From contig NW_013657672.1 of NCBI RefSeq assembly GCF_000142905.1, positions 390,244 through 454,243 of the forward strand: a DNA stretch of 64,000 bases, read 5' to 3'. The notes beneath the pieces are model-generated. The model did no database searches. It saw only the letters and a list, made by a program, of their open reading frames with translations, and was not told where the DNA came from. This stretch comes from Thecamonas trahens ATCC 50062 (taxonomy: Eukaryota > Protista > Apusomonadida). Shown here piece after piece: positions 40,101 to 51,260 of this stretch. The translations under genes and the position numbers were made by a program. The stretch's first letter is position 1; the number at the start of each line of letters is the position of its first letter.

Positions 40101-43100
40101 CGCGGCGGCTGTGGCGCGGAATACCGCAACTGGCGCTATGCGTATGATTCTCCTTCCGCTTGGCCTTGCACACGAGTCGAGCTCCAGCCGCGAGTTCGGC
40201 CGCTTGCCACGATCGGGTGGCTCAAGTGCTAGGGGTGGGCTCTCGCCGCGGCCGCCACGCAGTCCGCAACGTTCCTCGATCGCGGGCCTGCTGTCACCGT
40301 TTGATAGCCTTCCCGGCATAGACCGGGCTAGTTCCGCCAATCGCGACCACCGCAGCTCACTCACGGGCGTGCGGACCGATGGGCACTCGACAACCTCTGG
40401 CGCGCCGCCGACTGTGACCGCCTCGGTCCCCAAGCTTGGGCGATCGACTGGCTCTACAACTGGCGAAACAATGTCGCTGGTCTCGGACTCAGAGCATGGA
40501 ATGGTCATGTCTGCGCGAGCGCGCCTCTCCGCCAAGCGCCGGCTGGCCGAGCTTGACTCGGACGTTGGTGCCGCGGTACGCGCCATGAAGACCAAGGCTG
40601 CAAGTGCTGTGAATCGGCTCAAGTGGCGGCTCTGTGCATCCACGTTTGTCATTGCCTGCCTCTGCCTCGCCGTGTTTGTGGCGTCGACCATTCTGCTGCA
40701 CGAGGCCGAGCTGGAGCCGCCGCGGGCCGAATGGGCCTCCATGCGGTTGCAAGAGATGTCGCGAACTGTCTCTGCTGTCCAGTCTCTTTACATTCTGGAT
40801 CGCTGCTTGGCGGTTAAGGATGCTGCGAAAGAGAGCGCGAGTTCAAACGCTTCAACGCCCTGGAATGACGAGCTGGATCATCTGGTGGAAGTCAATGAGC
40901 TCTTGCTGCACGATCCACGGTTCGTGGACGAGGCGCGTGGTGCACTGGACGATCTTGAGCGCGATGTGTTCCGTGCCATTGAGCACATGCACGAGCACCA
41001 CGCTCTGTTGGCGAACACGGACGGGCTCTATGACCCCGATAGTGCACTCGACAAGCTTCACGCTGGGGCGCCGCAGGTCGAGCTGTACTTTTTCGACGGC
41101 ATCGGAGAGGTGTTCGCGGCGTATCCGGCGGTACCATCCCGCGAGCTCTCGGTTACCACTGCCGCGTACAACCTCGACCGGGCTATCATGGTGTACACGT
41201 CCATGGCGCAGGATTTTGTCAATGGCGTTAACGAGCGGATTGGCCACGAATCGCACCTCGGCGATGAGGCAGTCCGCGGCGTGGTGCGTTCTGACGCTAG
41301 CCTTGCTGGTGCTGACGACAGCCATGGCGAAGGCTCCGCGGCAGGAAATGCCACTCATGCCGAGTCCGCCGAGGCGTTGGTGTTGGCCGACATGGCGTTC
41401 TTTGTACTGTTCAACGGACGGCACACCCTGCGGGCCGGATTGGAGTATGCTCTCGAGCTGGAGCATCGGGTGGTGGCTGCCACGATGGAGCAGTCGCTCA
41501 TTGTTGTGTGCTCGCTGACAGGTATTCTTATCGTCCTCCACCTTGTTGTTGTTTGCACCGTGGTCGTGCCCGAGTTTCGCCGGCTGGGGCGTCGCCGCCG
41601 CGAGACCATGGCCGTCTTCTTGGCCATTCCCAAAGTGTCAGTCTCGGACTTGGTGCGGATGAGCAAGACCGGGCGAAAGGGCGGCAGGCGATCCGGAACG
41701 CCGGGAGCGGCCACCATCGAAGGTCAAAGCGGCGACAACGGGGCCCAGGATGCCAAGGGATGCGGCGAAACTGTCTTTGCCTTCCACACGCCTCGGCGGT
41801 CCAGGAGCACGGGCGGTACACGTTATTCGATTGTTGAGGCCTCCTCATCGCTCGGCCTCTCGTCGCTTGTGGCTGACGAGAGTGTCTGCCGTCGACAATC
41901 GCTCGTGGACGCGTCGTCGTCCGTCATTGAGGGGTCGTTGTCGTCATCGTCGTCGTCGTCGTCGTCATCATCCTCACTTCAACCCGCATCGCCCAGTCCC
42001 TGTGCAGCAGCAGCCATCCTAGCGGACGACTTGGGAACGTCGAGTGCAGCCGATGGGACGGCCTCTGAACAGGTTGAGACCGAGTCGCACGGAAGCGAGC
42101 ACAGCGTGCGGGATGAAGATGGTAGCACTGCACGTGCGGTGGCGTTTCGAAGTGACGCGTCGCTGGTTGTAGAACGCCAGCGTTCGATGGAGTTGCGCAA
42201 TGTGTTGAACCGCTCGATGGCCGAGTCCGAGTCTCATCGTCGCACCGACAACTTTGCAAGCGCCAACAGCCATGGGCCAAGCCATGTGGCGCTGAAAGGT
42301 GTGGCTCGGGACACTGTGGAGAAGAGGCAGTGCGCGGTGCTGGTGGTCATGGTTGTCCTGGTTGTGGTCCTGGGCGCCTCGCTGGTTTCGCTCCTCGAGC
42401 TGCAGTACATGGCCAACGTGGCATCGACGGCCGCCATCTCGGGCCTTCGTCTCGCTATTAACGAGGACATTCGTGGGCTCTCCATCGAGCTCATGCTTGA
42501 GGACTCTGTGGTGCTCGGCGAGTTTGCGCACGTCCTATTGCCGTTTGATCGTGTACCCTGGCGAGAGCTCGTCTCCCAAACGCGCCCAGCATCGGTCCAC
42601 ATCACGCTTCCGAGCAAGGTGCCAACCACGCGCTCGCTGCTACAGATCGCGCTCGATCGCATGCTAGAGGCACAGCGGTACTTTGCGCTCAACAGCAGGA
42701 ACACGTTTGCGGTGCCAGTCGACGACACCCTCGAAAAGGTCGGGACGTGCCTCCGTGTTAACCGCAGCCTTTGTCGGAGCGAAAGCGATCCGCTCCACAC
42801 CGTCACCTCTCGCGGGCTCGACAGTCTTGTGCTCGAGTACGTGGCGCGGGGCGAGGCTGTGATGCGGGCGCGGTCCGAGACGCTATCTCCCAAGTTCTCG
42901 CCGGTTGTCGACCTCGAGGCGCTGTACAACGCGGAGATGCTCGACGGCCTGCTGCTTTCGCTGCGTGGCACAGTTACCTCCATCGACCGCAATGCGTCAT
43001 GGAAGGATCTCCCGCTTTATGCCTTTCTCTTCCAGCTCCTCGTCCTGGTCCTCTTCTTCGCCTTTGCCATCGTTCCAATGATCCGCATGCTCCGTGCCAA

Positions 43101-43194
43101 CAACCGGCAAACCTTTTTCATGCTCGGTCTCATTCCGCATGCCGTTGTGACAACCGTCCACTCGGTTGCCGAGTACTTTGAGCTCGATGTGTAG
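37103..43194 (+). CDS. TmcB/TmcC-like multipass membrane protein with TPR-like and PAS domains, paralog 1; frameshift near 39530
   Basis: N-terminal multi-TM block, AKSHHNSALRAVSTFW...YRQLVRKYP...YATFLDEV helical domain, PAS-like DALVTLTEDGCIASLNTHARKLLGF, later TM pairs. ORFs 37097-39649 and 39592-43194 together are collinear with the intact paralog. Confidence 0.8.
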
Positions 43195-43259
43195 CGCCGA
43201 TTCTTGGTGGTGTGTATCGTATCGCCCACGCGCGCGCGTTTGGCAGACCACACCAGTTC

Positions 43260-43830
43260 ATAACCCTTAACGGTACGGTCGTTCGGACGCCTTGTCGCGC
43301 GTCTCAAAGTGAACGTCTCGATGATGCTTGACTTCCAGATCACCGACCGACGCTGCGCGACGCCTGCTTGGCCTGCAGCTTGAGGTGGGAGGTGCACCCG
43401 CACGTGATGGCGGCCGACATGTAGACGGCCGCCTGAAGGATGCCCGAGTTGCCGCCGCGGTGACGACCCCGACGACCGGGAAGGAGAGCATGACAGAGTT
43501 GACCACAGCGGGCGGGCGGGAGAGCGTGAGGACGTCTTGCGAAGGACGAGCTTGCCGGTCGGCGTGGCCGCGCCAGTGGTGGCACGCCATCTTGTACTGG
43601 ATGCTGGATGTCGCGCGCATCAACGCGTACACGTTCTACGCTGACACGAGCCCACGCCCCGCCATGACTCGTATGGCTTTTCTCTACGACATTATCGACG
43701 CCCTGGCCGCCAGCGCCGACGCCGTCGCACAAGCGGAAGCGTCCCTCTCCAGCGGCTGCTCGTCATCACCACCTGTCCCTGCGAGCCGCTCTGCGACGCG
43801 ACTGCCTCGCCTGCCGGTAGCTTCATGGTA
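43260..43830 (+). mobile_element. Degenerate piggyBac-like transposase fragment
   Basis: RQWWHAILYWMLDVARINAYTFY...MTRMAFLYDIIDAL (about 43556-43705) resembles the segment following the piggyBac DDD core. ATAACCCTT at 43260 resembles a TTAA|CCCT end; no right-hand TIR found. Confidence 0.55.
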
Positions 43831-44247
43831 AGCGATCGCGGCCGCGGACCTTTTGTGCCGCGTGCGGCGTCCATCTCTGCACCACCTACTGTCTTCTGTT
43901 GTGGCAGCCATCAACACATTGTACTACTCTTTTCAACAATTCATGGACGTTGCGACGTCCGTGGAGCGTCGCGAGCGCGGCTGGCACGATAGACAAAATT
44001 TGTCCATTCCGAACCAAAAGGGCATTGAAAAAAACTGCGACACTGCAGCCAAAAACTATGGGAGCCGCAAGTCAAGTTGGCTCACCTTGTCTGCGCGCGG
44101 ATGTGAATCTTTATTGGCACGTGAGCCATCCGCCGCAGGCGCGCCGAACCAACGGCCGGCTTCCCCAGGAAAGGCAGGTTTGCACGGGTGGGACACCACA
44201 CTTGCCTCGCACCACCCGTGTCCGGGTGTTAGTGTGTAAACGGGACC

Positions 44248-47200
44248 ATGAGCATGTTGGGACGTAACTACGGTGGCTCTCGGACGTCTACAGGGTCGCT
44301 CTCGGACTCGTCCTTGGACAACTCGTTGCTTTCCGAACTCGGCGACAGTGACGACGACTTTCTCGGCCTGTCGACGCGTACAGCGACAGAGCGACTGCTT
44401 CAAACCATCGAGACCTTTGCTTTTGGCGCACTCTTTGCCATCGTCTCGCGCACCTCATCACTCCGCATTGTCTCCATCCTTGTGCTGCTCATCGAGTTTG
44501 GCCAGCTCGCCGCCTTTGCCTTTGCGCCCATCTTTGAGTGGGGCCCATGGGCCGACTCATCGCTCCAACCTGTGCTCTCGGTCCTCTCGCTGCGAGTGGT
44601 TTTCTCCTCGTTCCACGTCTTCCGTGTTGTCAATCTTGTTGTGTATGCCGTGCTCCTTGGCGCCAGCGTTGACGCTGCTTATGTCGGCCTTGCCCTCCGC
44701 GACCACTCACGGTCCAAGGTCTGGCCGTTGCGACTGCTGCGGTACGCCGTCGGCTTTGCGGTCACCGTCCTGTACATTCCGATCATGAGCGTCCTCCTCA
44801 CGCCGCTCGCTTGCGACTACGAGGCCGAGCCGCCCGTCCTCCGTGACTACTCGGACGTCGGGTGCTGGGAGGTCGAGATCACAGCCTACCGCATGGTCTC
44901 GGGTGTCCTTGCGCTCGTCTTTCTTGTGGGGACGGCGGCTCTGTCGCTGGTGTACTTTCAGGACGCGCTCGGATCGGGGCACTTGCTCGCGCGGCCACAC
45001 GCGCGGGTTGACTGCGCCACCCATGTGGTCAAGACGGTGCTTTTGTTTGGGTTTGCGACCGGAGCTGGCTCGCCCGGGGTGCTCGGCGGTCTTCTTGTGG
45101 TCACTATGATCTCCATCTTTGTGCTGCAGGTCCTGTTCATGGCTCTGTACAACCTCAAGCTGCAGCTGGCGCGGACTGGTGGCTTCCTCGCGCTGGCCTG
45201 GCTCGGATCGATGGCACTGGCGACGGTGTCGATCAACGGGCGTCCTCCCGATGACGGTGTCGCCCGCGGGAGCAACACGCTGTTTGTTGTTGCGCTGGCT
45301 CTTGTGCCGATTGTTGCATGTGCTGGAGGTGGCATTTCATATCTTCGGCTTCACCGACTTTGGCGGAGACACGCGGCTGTGGCTGTGGCGCCTACGGCCC
45401 GGCGGAGCACTGGGCACCGATCTCGGTTCATCCTTGTAACTGACGTCGAGCTCGTGGCACGGATGCACATGGCGTCGGGCAACATTGACGCCGCCAACAG
45501 CGTCTTCCGCGCCGGCTTTGACCAGTTTCCTAACTCGGTCTTTGTCGTCCTCTGCTACGTGCGGTTTCTTGCGAGTGTGGGCAACACTGCGATGGCGCAC
45601 GCGTATCTTGACAAGTCGCTTGCTCTCCCGGCATGGATTGATCTGCGGTTTGCGCGGTATCGCAAGATGCGCGAGGTGGAGCAGGCGCAGCTCGCGCGCG
45701 GGCTGACGACCGGCTCGATGGACCTTGTCTCGTACGTGCAGTTTGAGAACATGCTGCGAACGGCCAAGTCGCACCACAACTCGGCGCTGCGGGCGGTGAG
45801 CACGTTCTGGCGCACGCTGCTGCGATCTGACCGGGCGTTCCTGGAAAAGTCTGCCAAGCTCATTGCGCGGATCGACGAGTCTGAGCGGACGGCCAACAAC
45901 TACTACCGGCAACTGGTGCGCAAGTACCCGACCGCGCCGGGCCTGCTGTCGGCGTACGCCACGTTTCTGGACGAGGTGTCGAACAAGCCGGCGCTCGCGT
46001 CGCGGTTCCTCTCCAAGGCCAAGCGGGTCGAGGCTGCAACGCGCGACGACGGTGGGGCCGGGGTGGAGCATCTTGGGCAGGACGCCGACTACACGCTCGT
46101 GAACGGGGCGGTCGATGCGCTCATTTCGCTGAGCGAGACTGGGAGCATTATCTCGCTCAACACGCATGCCCGAAAGCTGCTTGGCTACTCGAGCTTGGCG
46201 AGCAAGGGTGAGCTTGTGGGTCAACCGTTTGGCAGCACGCTCCTCACGCAGCCGTTTGCATCGTGGCAGGCACTGCTTGTATCGGAGACGTCCGATGAGG
46301 CCAAGTCGATGATTGTGCCGATCCGCCACCGAGCAGGAACACTGATGCCTGTGGTGTTGACCATTGTGCGGATGGGCGGAAACTCGGGATCTGCGCCGTT
46401 TGTTATGGTTCTTCGCGAGCTCCCGCGTCACGACACCCGGGTTGTGCTCTACACCCGCAAGTCTGGACGGGTAGTCGGAGTGGTGGGGCCGGTCAGCACG
46501 GTGCTCGAGCGGAGCTCAAACTCGCTGACCAACTCGGAAGTTCTAGATCTTTTTGATGCTAGCGGCGACGAGGCCGAGCTGCAGTTCTCACCGATGGCTG
46601 GCTGGTTGTCTTCACTTGGCACGGCTTCGAGGAGCAATCTCTCCACCCGGGTCGAGACGGTGACACTCGGCTCGCAAAAGCGAGTGCCCATGGTGGTCTC
46701 GTGCTCGGTGGTGTTTGGCAGCGGCAACGATGCCATGGGCATGATTTGTCTCGAGCCACTCGCGGCGCACACGCTCGAAATCGTGCTCTCGCCAGACGGC
46801 CGAATCCTGGCCTGCGCCTCGGGATCGATTGCCACGCTGCTCGGAGTGACCGAAACCGAGGTTCTCGGTCAGGGTCTTGAGTCGCTGTTCCGGCTTCCCG
46901 AGTCGACTAATGATCGGCCTGCCATTCTGGACATTGTGGATGCGACCCATTCGCGAGCGGCGCGGATTAGCGCTGAGGTCGGTGTGCGTGGCGTTGCTTC
47001 GCATCTTGAGCCGGTTGGCGTCTGGATCGAGTCGGACAGACTGTTGCAAGGTCTGATGAGCAAGGCAAAGGAGCAGCTGGCAGATGGCTCGTCACCTCTG
47101 CCGCTCATTCCACCGCCGCCTCTTCAGAGCTCGGTGGCGTCACGGATGGGCGAGGCCGTAGCGCTGCTACAGTCGCTGGCGCTCCGGGCGACACATCCAT

Positions 47201-50200
47201 CACTCTGTTTCCTGGCTGCGGCTCGATCAGCCGACGACGGGTCATCCCACTCACTGTGGCTCCTCCCGCTAGCAGCGTCGGAAGAAGAACTCACAACGCT
47301 AGCTGCGTCTGTGCCAGTCACTCCGACCATCGGCACTGTACCGCGGCCGGCATCGCTAGGGCCTGGCTCGTGGGGCGCCGGGCGGAACTCGAGCTCTAGC
47401 TTGATGGGCGACGCGACTGCTTCCGCTGGTGCGATTACTGGCAACGGCGTGTCTGGTCTCTCGTCGCCGTTTGACTCGGTGCCGCAGCTCGGCGCCAGCA
47501 CCGGTGACAGCTCTGTGGGAATGCGACGGTCAGCGTCGGGAGTCATTGCCGGACCCCGGCGGCGGGTCTCACGGCGGCGATCTAAGCTCTCGACAGCGCT
47601 TACGTCGGAGCGGTCGCTCTCGCTGCAGCGGCCGGGCAGCAAGACGACGGCGGCGGCGGCGGCGGGCGATACCGAGACCATGTCGCTAGTTTCGGCATCA
47701 GACCAGCGGATGGTGGGGGCGTCGCGAGCGCGAATTTTGGCGCGCAAGCGGATGGCGCAGTCGGACTCGGATGTGGCGACGGCCCTGCGTGGGCTGCGAA
47801 CGCGGACATCGGCGTCAATTTCGCGGCTACAGAAGCAGCTGTGTCTTTTCACGTTTGCTGTCGCCTGTCTTTGCGTGGCAGTCTTTGTGGCGTCAACCAT
47901 TCTAGTGGCAGAGGCCGAGCTCAAGCCACCGCGGGCCGAGTGGGCGGCACTTCGACTGCAGGCGATGTCGCGGACAGTCTCGACGCTCGAGTCGCTGTAC
48001 CTGCTGGAAAAGGGGATGTTGGTGCACAACTATGTACTCTCGATGAGAGCGCGGAACATATCGTCGGTGGCGGATGATGTCGATCCTTTTCTCATCCAGT
48101 TTAACCAACTCATCCTTGGTGCGCCCGAGTTCATACACCAGTCGCCCAAAGACGCGGCGCGGTTGCTGGCGACCGCGCGCAACGCACTGTCGTCGCTTCG
48201 GGCCAACCAGGACCAGCTGGCAGACACGTCCGGCCTGCACGACCCAGGAGACCGGATTGACAAGCTCCATTCTGGCGAAGGCCAGGTGGCCCTGTACCAC
48301 TTTGTGGGTGTGGGTGAGCTCCTGGCCAATTATCCTAATCCGTTCAACATCACGTCGAGTGCCGAGTCGTACAATCTGGAGGAGGCCATTGCGTTGTTCT
48401 CCAACATGGCCAATGGGTATCTTGAGTACCTCGAGGGCCTATTGGCGGTGATGAGCGGGGCAGTGCCGCCGAATGGAGGCACGACTACCGTAGGGGGCGG
48501 GGTGGTCGGTGCGCCGGTTGTGGCGCCGGAAGACATGGTCATGTTTGCCATTTTCAATGGGCGGCACACGCTGCGGACGATTCTGGAAGTGGGACTTGAC
48601 CTTGAGCAAGATGCAGTTGCGGCGACAATGCAGCAGTCGATTGTGGTCGTGTGCTCGCTGACGGGCGTGTTGGTCGCGCTGCATCTCGCGGTTGTGTGCT
48701 TTGTCATGTATCCTGCGTTCCGCAAGCTGACCGACCAGCGGAAGCACACGGTGGCGGTCTTTCTGGCCATTCCCAAGGTTACGGTCTCGCAGCTCGCGCG
48801 TGGCTCGCGCAACGCGCTGGCAAGCGACGGCGGCCTCTCTGCCGAGTCAATTGAGGAACTCGGGACGACCGTCGAGACGATGGATGCGGACGGGCCTGAA
48901 TCGTCGATTCGTCGCGCAGCGAGCACCAATGGCGTCATTGAGCTCGGGAAGCTGCGACGGGAAGGTATGTCATCCTCTTCGTCTTCGTCGCTCTCTTCGC
49001 CGTCTGAAGATGAGTCGCTGTCGGACGAACTCGGCAGTGGGCTCGAGAAGTCGAGCGCTGCCGTGCGGCGGTCGGTGACATCGCCAGTCCTTACGGGCCG
49101 GGAATCTGCCGAGTCAGGGTCGGGCAACGAGTCTGTTGTGCTCACCGACTCACTGCTGGAGGAGCAGGAGGAAGAGGAGGATGGGGAACCAAACAGAAGC
49201 TTGGTGGAGCACGGGACGCCGATGCGGCTGGTGACGGCGACGCCGACACGGGCGGCACAAGGTACCTCTGTGCAGGAGACGCCGGCGCGGAGAAGGACAC
49301 CTTCGCGGGTCCTGAGCCCGCCGCAGCTGCACGTGAGCGGGGTGCACGGCGAATCGATGTGTGAGAAGAGCGGATGCTCCGAGGCATCGATCTCCATGCT
49401 GCTCTCGGGGTCGGAGGAGGGACCAATGGTCCGTTTTCCGTCCAACTCGGAGCTCGTAGAGGAGGTCAGTCCGCCAGCACCGTATCTTTCGCCGCAGCCG
49501 TCGGCAGCTTCACTATCAGGAGCAAGGACGACAGGGCAGCGCGACGAGGAGCGCATCAAGCAGGCGTCGCAGCGGGTGGCGCGTGACGTGGTGGAGAAGC
49601 GGCAGTGGCTGATCTTGTTTGGTATGGTGGGCCTGGCCGTTGTCCTCGCGTTTTCTCTGGTCTCGCTGGTGGAGCTGCGGTACATGGCGAATGTGGCTTC
49701 GGCGACGGCCAAGGGCGGGCTCCGCATGGCGCTCAATGAGGACGTGCGTGGGCTGGCTATCGAGACCATGATCGAGGAGAACCCACAGCTGCAGCTCTTC
49801 GCGACAGTCGTTCTTCCATACCACTTGCTGCCGTGGACAGATATGTCACAAGCGCGCCTGCCAGACTCGGTTCATGTACGGCTGACAACGACCCGCTTGG
49901 GAGCACGCGAAATGCTGCTCAGCGCGCTTGACCTACTGCGCGAGACGCAGCAGTACTTTGCTCTCAACGCCGACGACACGTTCAAGGTCCCTTCGCAACA
50001 CTGGCTCAATTCAGCCGGAACCTGCCTCCGTTACAACACTAGCCTCTGCCGCAAGCCCGACGATCGTCTGTACTTGGAGACTTCACAAGGGCTGTCTGTG
50101 CTTGTTTATGAGTATGTTGCGCTCGGGCGTGCTGTGGCGCGAGCGCCGGCGTCGGTCATCTCGCCGCTCACGCAGCCACTGCTTGACATCGAGAACTTGT

Positions 50201-50472
50201 TTGATCGCGAGATGCTGGATGGCCTCGGAATGTCGACGCACAGCTTTGTGACTTCGGTCGAGCGCAACGCGCTGTGGGAGCACCTTCCGCTTGTGGCACT
50301 CGTGGCGCAGCTTGTGCTCTTCTTCCTCTTCCTCGTCGGTGCCATCGTTCCACTCGTCCATGCACTCCACGCGCAGAACCGGCGGACGATGTTCATGCTG
50401 GGCTTTATTCCGCACGATGTGGTGACATCTGTCTACTCTGTTGCGTCATTCTTTGAGCTTGACACTGTCTAG
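44248..50472 (+). CDS. TmcB/TmcC-like multipass membrane protein with TPR-like and PAS domains, paralog 2 (intact, 2074 aa)
   Basis: Same architecture as paralog 1, uninterrupted ORF. Confidence 0.85.
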   Translation: MSMLGRNYGGSRTSTGSLSDSSLDNSLLSELGDSDDDFLGLSTRTATERLLQTIETFAFGALFAIVSRTSSLRIVSILVLLIEFGQLAAFAFAPIFEWGPWADSSLQPVLSVLSLRVVFSSFHVFRVVNLVVYAVLLGASVDAAYVGLALRDHSRSKVWPLRLLRYAVGFAVTVLYIPIMSVLLTPLACDYEAEPPVLRDYSDVGCWEVEITAYRMVSGVLALVFLVGTAALSLVYFQDALGSGHLLARPHARVDCATHVVKTVLLFGFATGAGSPGVLGGLLVVTMISIFVLQVLFMALYNLKLQLARTGGFLALAWLGSMALATVSINGRPPDDGVARGSNTLFVVALALVPIVACAGGGISYLRLHRLWRRHAAVAVAPTARRSTGHRSRFILVTDVELVARMHMASGNIDAANSVFRAGFDQFPNSVFVVLCYVRFLASVGNTAMAHAYLDKSLALPAWIDLRFARYRKMREVEQAQLARGLTTGSMDLVSYVQFENMLRTAKSHHNSALRAVSTFWRTLLRSDRAFLEKSAKLIARIDESERTANNYYRQLVRKYPTAPGLLSAYATFLDEVSNKPALASRFLSKAKRVEAATRDDGGAGVEHLGQDADYTLVNGAVDALISLSETGSIISLNTHARKLLGYSSLASKGELVGQPFGSTLLTQPFASWQALLVSETSDEAKSMIVPIRHRAGTLMPVVLTIVRMGGNSGSAPFVMVLRELPRHDTRVVLYTRKSGRVVGVVGPVSTVLERSSNSLTNSEVLDLFDASGDEAELQFSPMAGWLSSLGTASRSNLSTRVETVTLGSQKRVPMVVSCSVVFGSGNDAMGMICLEPLAAHTLEIVLSPDGRILACASGSIATLLGVTETEVLGQGLESLFRLPESTNDRPAILDIVDATHSRAARISAEVGVRGVASHLEPVGVWIESDRLLQGLMSKAKEQLADGSSPLPLIPPPPLQSSVASRMGEAVALLQSLALRATHPSLCFLAAARSADDGSSHSLWLLPLAASEEELTTLAASVPVTPTIGTVPRPASLGPGSWGAGRNSSSSLMGDATASAGAITGNGVSGLSSPFDSVPQLGASTGDSSVGMRRSASGVIAGPRRRVSRRRSKLSTALTSERSLSLQRPGSKTTAAAAAGDTETMSLVSASDQRMVGASRARILARKRMAQSDSDVATALRGLRTRTSASISRLQKQLCLFTFAVACLCVAVFVASTILVAEAELKPPRAEWAALRLQAMSRTVSTLESLYLLEKGMLVHNYVLSMRARNISSVADDVDPFLIQFNQLILGAPEFIHQSPKDAARLLATARNALSSLRANQDQLADTSGLHDPGDRIDKLHSGEGQVALYHFVGVGELLANYPNPFNITSSAESYNLEEAIALFSNMANGYLEYLEGLLAVMSGAVPPNGGTTTVGGGVVGAPVVAPEDMVMFAIFNGRHTLRTILEVGLDLEQDAVAATMQQSIVVVCSLTGVLVALHLAVVCFVMYPAFRKLTDQRKHTVAVFLAIPKVTVSQLARGSRNALASDGGLSAESIEELGTTVETMDADGPESSIRRAASTNGVIELGKLRREGMSSSSSSSLSSPSEDESLSDELGSGLEKSSAAVRRSVTSPVLTGRESAESGSGNESVVLTDSLLEEQEEEEDGEPNRSLVEHGTPMRLVTATPTRAAQGTSVQETPARRRTPSRVLSPPQLHVSGVHGESMCEKSGCSEASISMLLSGSEEGPMVRFPSNSELVEEVSPPAPYLSPQPSAASLSGARTTGQRDEERIKQASQRVARDVVEKRQWLILFGMVGLAVVLAFSLVSLVELRYMANVASATAKGGLRMALNEDVRGLAIETMIEENPQLQLFATVVLPYHLLPWTDMSQARLPDSVHVRLTTTRLGAREMLLSALDLLRETQQYFALNADDTFKVPSQHWLNSAGTCLRYNTSLCRKPDDRLYLETSQGLSVLVYEYVALGRAVARAPASVISPLTQPLLDIENLFDREMLDGLGMSTHSFVTSVERNALWEHLPLVALVAQLVLFFLFLVGAIVPLVHALHAQNRRTMFMLGFIPHDVVTSVYSVASFFELDTV

Positions 50473-50567
50473 CCTTACTGGCCACGCATGACGTAACATG
50501 ACATGAACGGAGCCACGAGAGGAGAGGGAGAGACACTTGACGCCGTCGTTCAGAGGTGTAGTTGGCG

Positions 50568-51244
50568 ATGGACGAGTTTGATCAGCTGCTGTTTCTGGAG
50601 GAAGAGTATGTAGATTGAGAGGGTGATGAACAAGGTCGGGAATGAGAATGGGTGTGTGGGGGGGGGGAAGGGGTTTGCTTGTGGTGGATCGCTTCGGATC
50701 TGATCCCGAGTGCGGCAAGCCAACTCACGGCTTTGGATGGGACATGGACAGGCTTATTGCCCAGGGTCATGCGCAGGGGCTTGTACAGGGCGAGGAAGAG
50801 GGCCATGCTGAGGCACGGAGGCTGGGCTTTTTCCATGGCCGGGAGTTGGCCATGGAGGTGGGCTACTACCGCGCGTATCTAGCGACGGTGGCGGCGACCG
50901 AGGCGGCGACCGAGGCGGCGGTCGAGGCGGCAGCCGAAGCGGCTGTAGCCGAAATGGAAGAGCGGCTGGCAGCAGGCGTCCCGTTTGATCCGGCAGAGAT
51001 GGAGCCGCTCCGCGCTGTGATGCGGCGGTATGCGGCGGGGGCCGGCATCGAGCTGCGGTATGGGCCACCTGATCTGGGCGCCGAGGAGGTGCGAATCGCC
51101 AAATGGCTGCGGAGCCGCCGCAGCGGTGTCGACCGCGCGCGGGTGGCGCTGGCGCTAGACGGCGGTGACGACAGTGAGGCTGAATGCGTCGGCGATGCCG
51201 AAGGCGGGAGTGGCCGCGACGGCGAGGACGATCTCGATTGGTAG
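50568..51244 (+). CDS. LTO1: LTO1/ORAOV1 (Yae1_N deca-GX3 motif; CIA adaptor for ABCE1); exons 50568-50605 and 50752-51244
   Basis: Splicing a phase-2 intron GTATGT..AACTCAC..CAG gives MDEFDQLLFLEEELIAQGHAQGLVQGEEEGHAEARRLGFFHGRELAMEVGYY. The protein ends in DDLDW, an aromatic C-terminus typical of CIA clients. Confidence 0.85.
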
Positions 51245-51260
51245 TTTCAATGGCGGCGGG

